A DNA stretch of 60,817 bases, filler included, from Platydemus manokwari (Eukaryota): assembly GCA_037951405.1 (NCBI GenBank). It is 6 parts of 6 records of this genome, joined end to end, with 100 filler letters (N's around TTAATTAATTAA, not from the genome) between each part and the next. Parts side by side here need not be neighbours in the genome. Positions count along the whole stretch, not along the records: positions 42,549 to 51,335 come from JBBMOY011350204.1; positions 51,436 to 60,817 come from JBBMOY011256208.1; 4 more parts are not named here. One strand, 5' to 3'. The translations under genes were made by a program, and so were the position numbers. The stretch's first letter is position 1. Every line of letters begins with the position of its first letter. Under the pieces are notes generated by a model that searched no databases, was not told the DNA's origin, and saw nothing but the letters and a program-made list of their open reading frames with translations. Of the stretch, positions 49,522 to 60,817 are shown piece by piece.

Positions 49522-50124
49522 CTAATAATTAGTTTGAATAAAAGTACTCCCATGATTTGGTTTAAGTTTTTGAACTCTTTGACTTGCCAATATCATGCAA
49601 GTGACAGGAGTCACCAAACGTTTATTATTATCATCAATGCACTTATTGAGACTCAATAAAGAACCGTTCATTAAATCGACAGCTTCACGATGACCGGAAT
49701 TTAAACTAATAGCCAAGGATCGATTAAATGATTTGTAAAGTTCTGTGTTTTCTGTGAGACCTAAATTCAAAAGATCCATATTTTTCAATTTGCTCATTTC
49801 CCTTTCATTTAGACCCCGAGATGAACTTTTTTTATTCGATGAATCGGAAGATTTCAAAATGGTTCTTCCAAGCAATTCGTCTGATAAAGATAGTTGTGAT
49901 CTAATTCGCTTTCTTTCTTGGATTAATTTGTCTCGTTGAGCGGCTTTTCTCATGTTATCTGTGGGTTGGACTTGTCCGGGTATTCTTGTGGGTTTAGGCG
50001 GGTCATCTAGTGTACGCTGAATTAATTCCTGATTCATATTATGATTCCATTTGTCAATGTCATTTTCAAAGATGACCAAGTTCTCGAAATATTTACAGCT
50101 CTTTGTTAGTCGGTGATCGACCAT
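49522..50124 (-). CDS. Uncharacterised 200-aa single-exon protein
   Basis: ATG-to-stop ORF with coding-like composition flanked by AT-rich DNA; no family recognised. Confidence 0.6.
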   Translation of the reverse strand: MVDHRLTKSCKYFENLVIFENDIDKWNHNMNQELIQRTLDDPPKPTRIPGQVQPTDNMRKAAQRDKLIQERKRIRSQLSLSDELLGRTILKSSDSSNKKSSSRGLNEREMSKLKNMDLLNLGLTENTELYKSFNRSLAISLNSGHREAVDLMNGSLLSLNKCIDDNNKRLVTPVTCMILASQRVQKLKPNHGSTFIQTNY

Positions 50125-51335
50125 CGAAAAAATAAATATTTAATTTTTCTGTATTGAATAACTACAGAATAAATACAAAAATCGTTTGAAAGAAATAATA
50201 TGCTTTTTTCAGTCTAATGGCGATGTTGTGTCTTGATGTGATTTTATGAATTGCTATTGGATGATTATCTTGATTCATTAATCTCACTGTTAATTGGATT
50301 TGTATGCAAACGATCGATGTTATGTTTATGAACAAATAGACTCATTAGCCTCCCGAATCCACCCAACTGTTGTTGCTCACAAGTTGATTATTCTAAGTAG
50401 CAGAAAATTGTACAAATAAAAAGTGAAATTAAATAAAAATATAAATACATTTATGTTAAGAAATGTTTATCATAATTTAGAACATATTTCTGTAAATAAA
50501 AAAACTTAGAAATGATTCTAATGTTAATTAAATTTCTATATTTGTTATAATTATTTTTAATAATCTTTCGATAATATAATTGAACTGAAATTAGCTAATG
50601 TTTAATTAATTTTTTTACATTAATAACATTTATAACTGAATCCTTTTGAAACAGTGATTGAGATTAGATAAAAATAAAATTGAATGTATTTCAGCAATGA
50701 AATTTTATCAATGAATTATTTTATTGTTAAAACCAACTTTAAGAAAGCAAATATCAAAACATTAATCAAATAAATAAAATTTCAGCACCTAAAATTAAAG
50801 TAAATTAGATGAAATTTTTAAAAATTTAAAATACAATGTTAGTCGAACAAGCCCAGTATTTCTTTGAATTAATGTTGATGAGTTTATTTGATTTGACAAG
50901 AATTTTTAAATACTACATTTATTTATTCGAAGAATAAGACCAGATGATATCATAAGTTGTTATACATGTAAATTAAAACTTTCGAACAAAAGGAGTTTAA
51001 GAATTTGCAAATGCCATCACCGTTTATAAAGATTTGTCATTCAGAGTATCACTCACTACACAGACAAACCAGTGTAATGTTTATCAGAAGAAAAATTGGT
51101 TTAAAAGGTTATATTTTGATTGTCTGAACACCTAGAATTTCGTAAATATCAAGTATCGATGAATGTTACGAAAATTATATTGTAAAACATAATTTTAAAT
51201 AGAATGATATTAGACTATATTATATAATTAACACAATATGGTATGATAAAGATTAATATCAGTGTCATTTATCGCACTATACTTAAACAATTATGCTTGA
51301 AAAGAATGTCGGTTGATTGTTTTAAATTTCAAGAT

Positions 51336-51435
51336 NNNNNNNNNNNNNNNNNNNNNNNNNNNNNNNNNNNNNNNNNNNNTTAATTAATTAANNNNNNNNN
51401 NNNNNNNNNNNNNNNNNNNNNNNNNNNNNNNNNNN
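51336..51435. other. Artificial contig spacer
   Basis: 44N-TTAATTAATTAA-44N. Confidence 0.98.
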
Positions 51436-51514
<79 letters not shown>

Positions 51515-51523
51515 TAATAATAA
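51436..51523. repeat. (TAA)n microsatellite at contig start
   Basis: Direct reading. Confidence 0.95.
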
Positions 51524-52807
51524 CGATTATAAATTTAGTACAAAATTATTAAATAATTATTCAAAAGATGAATAAGTCACCAGTTGATTCGAAAAGATTA
51601 CCATTTTATTTAACCGTTTTAATTCCAACTACATTTGGCTTTAGAAATACCTTTTAAAGAATTCGATTTGAAAATTGTATTTAAATATGTGTAATTATAT
51701 GAAAATTATTTGTGACATCAAATAAATATATTGATTCCAATGTTGTTTTATCGAATATATGGACAATTATAAAAGACCCAGTATTTAGCACCCAATGACA
51801 CACTTGTGCAAGTTAGGCTAAAAACCCAATAATATTGAGGATAATTTCAATAACTACAGATATTATCTAATAAAATTGAAACAATTTGTCGAAATCATCA
51901 CGTCAAGTCGAAAAGTAGACAAACTAAAAGGTGATATTTCTATTCAGGAGCAAAAGTTCGGTTACAGAAATTAAATAATAAGAAGTCGGTAAATCCGAGA
52001 ATGAAAGCTATGCAGAGTGTCCAAAACCGAGAATTTCAGCAAAAAGAGAGATTATTTGAACAAAACATTCATATGTTTCTATCAAGATAATTTTCAAGTA
52101 AAATATGTCACACTAGCATTTATAATTTGATGGGGATATTTAATAATAACACGAGAATAGATAATTAAATAAAATCAATATAAATTTGGAGTAGAAAGAA
52201 TTTAACAATCAGACGAAATTTCAATACTAAATATTAAAATCATAGAAGATAGAGTTTAAAAAAATAAATAATTCAAAAACAAGAAACTGTCGAGATGATC
52301 AAAGATTTTAAAGAAATGAATCATAAAATCAAGATAAATAATTTTCAAATCAATTTTCTGTCCTAATCAATAAAATGAGAAATATTGATGTTGATAACTA
52401 CATGGAAACATCTTTGAAACAACGGTGTAAATATAGTGTTTTATAGAATTCATATTCAATTCAATATTTATGAACTAGCAGTCGCAAACTATGAATATAA
52501 CTGAATTGGTGACAGGATTTCATTGATTCTACCACTGACAATCCCAACATGTTATCCACAATTTCCTGATTCTAATCCAGATCAGAAAAACAATCTGTTG
52601 TTTGAAACATTTATCATGTTTTTATCATTAAGTTTAACGAAATTTAAAATACGAAATTTTCTTGTGAAAAGAATTCAAACCTTCCTGTTCCATTTGATCC
52701 ATTTGAAACTCACCCCTAAAATATTTGGTTATAAAATAATATGTGTGAAATAATAATATAATAATATCATTTAATAATATTTACATAAATATATTATATT
52801 CAACAAC

Positions 52808-55800
52808 CTTATTCATTAACTCTCCAATCATTCCATTCCATTTCTCAGACCCATCAGGATTTGTCTCATTGGTTAACGGTTCACCATATTTTTTATCTTT
52901 CACTGGATGGATTGTAAAATTCTTGTTAATATCTTTACCAATCTCTTTCAACAAATCAATGCAAAACCCTGACCAGGATTCAATATTTGTGTCTTGATTT
53001 TTAAGATCAGACTCGGTTTCTTTGTAGAACAAGAACGGTGGCGTCTAAAATGAGAAACCAGTTAACTTAAATTTCAAAACAATTTTGATAATTTTATCTG
53101 TTAATTTAAATAGTTAAGTCACAAGCACACTCATTCATAATATTTATTTGAAAAACTACACTAATACTTTCTCTTTGCACATATAATACATTCTTTCATT
53201 ATCTTTTTGATGGTGTTGAACATGTCTGGCCAATAAAAACTGTCTTTCAAATACGCGAAGGTTTTCTTCGAGCCTAAGTGGCAGACCTCCTCCTGAATTG
53301 ACTTGACAAATTGAGCGGAAAAATCTTTCGGTATTATAGCAGCTAAAACTTTCTCGTTCTCCAACATCAGTGTATTGTCGATCACCTTCAGTTTATCTTT
53401 TATTCTCAAAATAGAATGTTTATACCAGAACTCCGCGCTAGTTAGAGTTATTTCACCATTTAGAAATCTGAATTTCTTCACTATTTCTGCATAGTTATGC
53501 TGTGCTTCCTGTATCTTCTGCATTATCTCAGACTTTATTTGTATTTGAGCTAAATATTTAGTTTTCGGCATTTCCGTCTTTGCCCCATCGTGTTTCGTCT
53601 TGCACTGGGAACATAATGTCTCGTTGATACTAGACAATCCATCTGCGTTGCTATGATTCTCTTCTTTTTGTATCTTAAATCGAAATGGTATTCTCATACT
53701 GCCGCCATCCATGTTTGAAATTGAGGATTGATCAGTTTTCGTGTCGAGTTTAAGAATACCAGGGCTTTGTGATCGGTTCTCGCAATGAATTTCTTTCCAT
53801 ACAAGTATTGTCTAAAGTAAATAACATACTAGTGAGTAGTGAACAGTTCCTTCCTGGTAACACAGTGCCCTTTCTCTTGACTAGTCCGTAATCGAGACCC
53901 ATACGCTATAACTACTTCTATTCGTTCTTCAGTAACTTGGCTTAGAACAGCCCCGATCGCAACAAAACTTGCGCCCGTATCAAGTACAAATATCCGGTTT
54001 TCTATTGTGAAATCCAAAATTGGTGCTTCACAGAGTGCCGATTTTAGCTTCAAAAACTTGTTTGACACGATTCTGAATATTGTAATTCCTTGTCTCCACC
54101 TGCAGTTGCGGTGTATAGTCGAGCAGCTATTAAAGCATAATCTTTGATGAGTCGCCTGTAATAGTTTGTCATTTCTAAAAACGATCGCAGTTTGCTGGCA
54201 CAATGTAGTACTGGGGCATCTCGTATCTGTTCGATTTTGTCGAGATTAGTCCGTATGCCCTTGGCACTAACTGTGTGGTCTAAAAACCAAAATCTTAATT
54301 CATCTTTGATAAGCGTACATTTCTCCGGATTCACTTCCAGACCCGACTTTAGAATTCGTCGAATCAAGGCTTCCAGTAAATCGTCATGCTCTTGCTGAGT
54401 TTTTCTGTATATTAACACATCATTCAAATATACCACAACGCTCTTAAAGATCAATCCATCGAACAGTTTGCGCATTAGTTTTTTGAAGATTGCTGGTACT
54501 GTAAATAGTCCAAACGGCAGGCTGTTGAAACAGTTTTGGCCGGTTCTTGTGCTAAAAGCTTTGCAATCTTGGGATCCTGGTCTTAGTTCGACCTGGTAAT
54601 AAGTCTGTCCAAAATCTATCGAGGAGAAATGTTTAGCATTCACGAAACAGTCAAGAAGTTGGTGAATATCATGCATATAGAAACTAAATTTTTCTGTCAC
54701 TCCATTTAGTCTTCGATAATCCACATACATCCGGATCGATCCGTCCTTTTTTCCTACGATGGCCAGTGGTGAATTCCAAGCACTCTTACATGGTCTTATG
54801 ACTCCTATTTCGAGCAAGTTTTTTTTATCAGGTCTTCATTTTATTGATTCTCAGTGCATGGGTTGTCTTCTGGCTTTCTACGAAATATGATTTCCGGTAA
54901 TTATAATATTGTGAACAACTAAGGTGGTTCTGACTAGATCCAATTTCGAAGCCATGAATATATTTCCGTATTCTTTGATGAGTTTTCGAATTCTTCCCGT
55001 TTTCCCAGTTTTGTCGTTTCCATTGCGTGTTTCGATCTTTCCTCATCTGTATATTTGTTGTTAAATTGTGATGAATCGATTGTGGCCACCTCTTTCAGCT
55101 GATTCCCGAATACATCCATCGTGTCAACTTCTCCAATGAAATCGAGACAAATCCTTTTTGCTATCACAACCCTAATTTTTCTTTTCTTTCCTTTCTCCTC
55201 GGCAATGACATCTGAATAACCCAGATGGCGTTCGGTACCTGTTGAAAACACTCCACTAAGCATAATCAAACTACCTTGCAATTTTGGGCTTCCTACTTTC
55301 TTCAAATAGTTCTCACTCATCACTGTGATAAACGCTCCCGAATGCCACAACATCTCCACTTCAGCTCCGTTGATCAACACTTTATTCCTTTACACTTCTT
55401 AAACATCTCTTCACGTCTGATTCCATTTCGAATTCAACCTCACCGACGAAATGTATGCGACGGAGTTGTTGTGGTTTTTTGATCTTCTATCTCGTGAGTT
55501 ACTGGGTTTTCAATTGGATCAAATTACTCCTCGATTTCGTCTTGAATACATAAAATTCTACCTTCTACTCTGTGTCTGATATCTTATACTAGAGGGCATG
55601 ATCTGAAAAGATGGCCTTCTTTTCCGCATATTAAACATTTGTGCCTTAGGGAGCACTGACTTCTGTAGTGTCCGCTTTCTCCATAGCATTAGCAATTGTC
55701 TCCAAGCAATCGTTCTTCTTTTGGATCTGGCATGCCTCAACATATATTGTAAAGTTTCTTGGCATGTATTCACTAGTCTTTCTCTACCTGAAGTGAACTT

Positions 55801-58800
55801 CTGTTCTGAAGCAATTGGCTCCTTTTTCTGATAGCATTGGTGGCTTATAATTACTGGACTCGTTTCTTTCCTTTTTGTACTGGTTGCTTCGTCCAGTTTT
55901 TAGCGCTTGGGCATAGTTACCTCTAAGAATTGTATTAACTGATTGAGAATCTCGTTTTACACATTTTTCTCGATTCTCGAACATCTTTGCAGCACTCCTA
56001 TCTTCTATGATGCCCATGTCTGGTTTCAGGGCAGGAGCGTCTTTTGATCCATTTGATCGTGTTCTCTTTCTGATAATATCTTTCACTATGGAATCTTGTT
56101 TCAATCCGGAATTCATCACAGCCTCGACCAATCCGTGAACTATTATCTCGAAGGTGGCAAACCGTTTGCTCTCTGATTGTTGAACATTTGCAAGTTCGGC
56201 AATCATATCCATTATCGATTTTTTTATTGTAAATGTATCTTCAAACCACGATTAAGCTGATTCTTCTGTGGTATCTTCCGATTTAAAGATTTTCCACAAA
56301 ATGCCTGCCTCGTTCGAAAGCGGTAAGTCGAATGCTTTAATCAGGCTGAGACTATTAATTAATAGCCATTCTTCTGAATCTTGCATCCAATTTGCGGCCT
56401 TGTTTGAATTCCTGCCATCGAATTTTCGAATAATGAAATTTAGCGCTTCTTGTGCCTGTTCCTCTCTCTAATAACTGTTTCTTCTGCTGGTTTTTTGTTA
56501 TTGCGTTGATTTGTTTGGCGTAGTCACCAGTTAAGTCACAAGCACATTCATTCATAATATTTATTTGAAAAACTACACTAATACGCCAATCAATTATTTA
56601 AACATACGCCACGTGTTTCTTTATTTAATCACGTTACTCAAATAAAAGCTTAAAATTTGCAATAAAATTATCATTGTTTCCTGGTCAACTGGTGCGATCA
56701 CCAGTTCCTTAGAGGTCTGCAGAAATTTATATGAAGACAAACTGTTGTGGATCTATTTTAATTGTAATTTTAGATTGTAATGTTAGATTGTAATGTTAGA
56801 TTTATAACTACATCTGATTTCGTTGAAATTTAAAAGATGTTACTGCATTGGCTATGACCACAAATCAATATCTGATGTTTTCTTGGCAGCATTAAGCTCC
56901 TGAAACCATAAAAATGATTTAATAAATTGCTTTGATGACAACAATGATATCCAACAATAAATCAAATATCCAATCTGTATGCAGCCACTATTTAATAAAG
57001 CCCATATTTAATACGAATTGCAATACGAAGACACCAAATTATATTTAAATAAATGAACATTTATAAACACGTAATTTTAAAATTTATCCAAATATAATCC
57101 ATTTTGAAATCCTCACATTCATCTTTCTTTAAAATCTTTGATTTTCTTTGTATTCCTAATTAACTCTAGCAAATTCTCCAATTATTTATCTAAATGAAAA
57201 TTCCTATTTCTTCCCTCCACTTTACACCTTCTTTATATTTTCTTCTATATATCTTCTAACCACCTTTTCTCTATCTTGTCTATGTCTTACTCCTTTTCTC
57301 TTATACCCTCATTTCACAGACTTTCACATAATCGAATCCAAATGCTTATTCATCATGTAAATCGATGCTATTTAATAAAGCACGTGTTAAAACAAATAAA
57401 ATTTTCATAAAATTCTGAATTTAAAATATTTCAAATATTAGGGTGAACCAAAAGATTGATTACAAGTTTTAATGTATATTATGATAAAGCAGCTCAAGAG
57501 CTTTAAAAATATATATAACACATGTATATAAAACATCTTCATTTGGTAAAAAAGCAATTGGACAAAATGATGTAGAAAATCGGAAAGAACTTTTGGTTCA
57601 CCGTAATATAACTTCGTTTTAAAATCCTTACACCAACGATGATACAAAACATCTTATCTATGAAAATATCAAAAAGGAAATGCAAATTAAAAAAATTCTT
57701 TGGCCAATTGACGCTCTATTGAAAATATTTTATTTCTTTTGAATGACAAATATTACGTGGAGCTTGTAAATGAATAATTCTAACGAATCTAAAAATTTAA
57801 ATCAGATAGCTACGAGATACTGAAAGTAGTAATTCAATTAAATTTAGCTTTAACGAAGTTGTAGTTAATGTTCTGATATTGAATCCAATACATGCACACC
57901 GAATGCACATCGAAAACGGCCGTGTTTCAGATGGATTCGATGTTCTATCCGATCCTAATGAGTAGTAACAAATACTAACAAACTACTTAACCAATTATTG
58001 ATGTTATAACTATTTAATAAACTACCGGCAGAAGTTCTCCAAAGCTTTATACAAATTCATAACAATTTCGAAATTTTATACATACAAGTTATTCTGCAAT
58101 ACATTCCAATCAATATTTCTAGATCATTTTATCTAGAGAAATAGGTGACTCTAATATTTATTATGATGTTAAAATTATATATGATAATATATTATCATTG
58201 ATAACATTGATGAAGTTTGTAATTATCAGATAATATGTAATTACTTATTGATCCAAACCCTGATTGCACAACAAATCATCACTGTTACGTAATCACAGAT
58301 GGGGAGGACCTAACAAGCATCCGTTATCATCATTCGTGAACATTGAAAATATTTTCATCATATGAGGAGTAAAACTACTTTGAAGAAATTTTTTCGGATT
58401 AAAATCGAATTAAGTTTTTAAACGTCTCCAATGAATTTAAAATTTATGAATCGCTAATGAGCTGCGACTGTTTTTGCTATGTTAAGCTGCCCCTGCCTGT
58501 TAGTGGAGTCGTTGTGTCATGTGTCTCGCTGGGACTGTCCCATTCTCATCCGCAATTAGTGGTGGAAGAAGCGATAGCAGCATCATCAACATCAGTAGCA
58601 GTATAAGCAAGGAGCAGTTTTAAACGGACACAGAGGAGCGAGAACAAGTAATATCCAGTAATGATGGAATAAATATGCCCAATGCAACTTGTTGATGAAT
58701 TGCGCGCACTGGGCCAAGGTCTATTCATAAATTATATTTCACGTGGCTCGACTACTTATTATGATATCAATAAATAGCGATAGCTCATTTTTATAATCGA

Positions 58801-60282
58801 TATAATAAATTATTTAAAACTCATTTGTTACTTGATTCTGCGGCCAACTAATAGACGACAGTGAGGATGATTTATTGGTATTTGTATCAACTTTCAAATT
58901 TTATATCCTCCTTTAATACCTCCAGAGATTGTTCGTCCATATGTGTCTCTAATATTTATGTATTCATTTATGACTGTCATTTGATTCCATTCTATTCCAT
59001 CCAATTTCTGCATCCTCAGCTCGATTGACATAGTGTGCATTGAATGATTCAATGTCATCGACTTGCTCTAATAGAGCACCCATTAATTTTCGCTTTGATG
59101 GGGCCAAATTTTAATGATGGCTTTATGTCATGTTACTTCTTATTCTTTATTGAACGTGATTAAATAAGAAGATTATGTTTTGCTTTAAAGAGGGTTATTT
59201 GATGTATGATTATAATTAGTTATAAATATAATGATAATACTTTGCTGACTAATAATAAACATGATTTAAGAAATTAATAAAAAATTATAATTTTCGAATA
59301 AATGTAATTGTGAGATATTTATTATGAATTAAATTCCAATTTAATTCAAAACAATTTCAATTCACATTTTATTCAAATTTTATTCAAATTTTTTTCGGAT
59401 GAATTTTTAATTTTATAAAAAAATCAAATTAATGTAAAATTAGAAACATTTGTTTAAATATTTGGATTTAAAATATAGATTGATTGTGTCTTGACTTTTT
59501 AGTTCGATTTTAATGTGTGGTTTTGAAAATAATAGCGGCTAACAGTAATAATAGGTGAAATTAAACTATTTAATTAAATGCTGGTCAATTTCGATACAAA
59601 GCTCTCGTGAAACTTTGTTTAAATCATGAGTTAATGATATAAATATAAATCTTTAAAATCACTGAAATTAACATTAGCAACATAATTATTATAGTAGAAC
59701 TTAGATAATAATAATAATTATTATTAATTATATCGTTATTTTTACTATTAATATTAATATTGATAATATAATTATAATAATTTTCAAAACCCTCTCAAAA
59801 ATATTATCGCTTTACAAGTATTATCAGTAAAAATATAATATTACTATGATATAAATAATAATAATAATAATAATCTAATAATAATAATTCCTATTATAAT
59901 AATTTTGATGATAAAATGAAATGATTTTTATCATCATTTTGGATCGCTCGGAAAATATGTGGTGTGCCTTTTGAAAAGCTTCATCTCATTGAGAGTGTTT
60001 TCCTGAAAAATCAAACCTATTTATGCCACTCTAATTAAGTTGCTCTAATAATTTCCGCTTATTTCACTCATGGAAGATAATCGAAAGTTTCATAATTTCA
60101 GATATAATTCTATAGATAAACCCAAATTGTAATCATCATCATCATCATCATTATTATTATCGTTATCAACTTACCGCAATTGTTGTGACCTTCAGAGGCA
60201 CATCTTTATCGATTGAATCCAACATATCGGGTTCTTGCTGTTTTGGAAAAATTTGAAAATTATCATTCGACCATTGACCACC
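52808..60282 (-). CDS. Ionotropic glutamate receptor subunit (non-NMDA-like), two internal exons 60282-60175 and 53044-52808 (S1 ligand-binding segment)
   Basis: GGQWSND...PLKVTTIA/TPPFLF...WSGFCIDLLKEIG...FTIHPVKDKKYG...WNGMIGELMNK; phase-0 GT-AG junctions; 7130-nt intron. Confidence 0.88.
53112..53167 (-). repeat. Truncated 3' LTR
   Basis: AGTTAAGTCACAAGCACA(C/T)TCATTCATAATATTTATTTGAAAAACTACACTAATAC matches 56529-56584 with 1 mismatch. Confidence 0.88.
56519..56529 (-). promoter_or_regulatory. Primer-binding site TGGTGACTACG (tRNA-Trp-like), overlapping the last LTR base
   Basis: TGG directly at the LTR end; TGGTGAC is complementary to the GUCACCA 3' end typical of tRNA-Trp. Confidence 0.6.
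56529..56638 (-). repeat. 5' LTR (110 nt, AGTAAC...TTAACT)
   Basis: Near-identical to 53112-53167 over 56 nt and similar to 31249-31325. Confidence 0.85.
57030..57420. repeat. Copy of the pyrimidine-rich dispersed repeat family
   Basis: TCTTTCTTTAAA..TTTGATTTTCT.TG.ATTC.TAATT and AATC(G/A)AATCCA(A/G)ATGC shared with 22270-23180. Confidence 0.55.
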
Positions 60283-60817
60283 CTGAATGAATTGTAAATC
60301 CATAATTATTATTGATTTTTATATCATCATCCAAACAGTATTTTTATTCATTATAAAATTTTTTTTAAATTAAGTCGTGTTCAGCATTAATAATTTATAT
60401 ATTTTCCTTTTATTTGGTAACGAAAGCTGCTGTCGCGTGAGTTACGGGTTGAATAAATAATTATTTTACCGTTTATTAATGGATTACGAAATTTTATTTT
60501 TCCACTCACTCGTTAAGGCTTTATCGAGCCAAAACGTCATTTGATTGAGTGATTTGACAACCAACCCCACCCTCCTTCCCCCTCCCCGCCTGATGCTTGT
60601 GTGTCAAATATATTACGAGATGCTCGTACGTACATAATGAATCTATCAAATATTCAGGTATAAAATAAAGTCGAAAATCCATAATAGAGAATTTCAAAAA
60701 GATTTATCGTTAATAATAACTGTTTATTTATGGATTCAAAGTCACAACAACTTCACTAACGATCAGTCATCAATTTAACCATAAACTATTCTAATAATAA
60801 TAATAATGATTATTATT

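Larger units (their letters stand above)
53112..56638 (-). mobile_element. Gypsy/Ty3 LTR retrotransposon, frameshifted, with integrase core deleted
   Basis: Order: gag (KFDG...W; two CCHC knuckles ~55600-55700), protease (LWHSGA), RT (SAWNSP, YVDYRRLN, LPFGL, YLNDVLI), RNase H (LDTGAS, IAYGSR), integrase zinc finger (CHLG...YWPDM...CIIC). Flanked by direct repeats 56529-56638 and 53112-53167; flanks TAAAT/CAAAT. Confidence 0.93.

Noticed and set aside
58470-59110. GC-richer patches in the iGluR intron as extra exons
   Set aside because: Exons 60175 and 53044 already join in frame (VTTIA/TPPF); no recognisable protein in these patches.

Overview
This is very AT-rich eukaryotic (metazoan) genomic DNA. 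Short 41-73 nt GT-AG introns, (TAA)n runs and the gene content would fit a flatworm such as a planarian, but the organism is my inference. The window is not one locus. It is six contigs (1-9308, 9409-18712, 18813-31148, 31249-42448, 42549-51335, 51436-60817) joined by artificial 100-nt spacers (44N-TTAATTAATTAA-44N), so adjacency across spacers means nothing. Host genes reconstructed by hand: a DUF229 protein, a complete 5-exon HEATR1/UTP10, the last exon of thymidine phosphorylase (absent from the ORF track), three 3' exons of a MEKK2/3-like MAP3K, a peripherin-like tetraspanin followed 42 nt later by a RhoGAP-like ORF, a two-box HMGB-like gene, two RABGAP1 exons, two ionotropic glutamate receptor exons, and two orphan single-exon ORFs. 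Mobile DNA: an apparently intact Merlin/ISXO2 transposase, a decayed gypsy element with ~110-nt AGT...ACT LTRs inside the iGluR intron, several other gypsy remnants, a pogo derivative, a hAT MITE and a LINE remnant. The best novelty lead is speculative: a decayed gypsy family whose copies carry an env-like extra ORF after integrase and possibly an unknown coding module upstream of gag. No CRISPR, rRNA or tRNA genes were seen.
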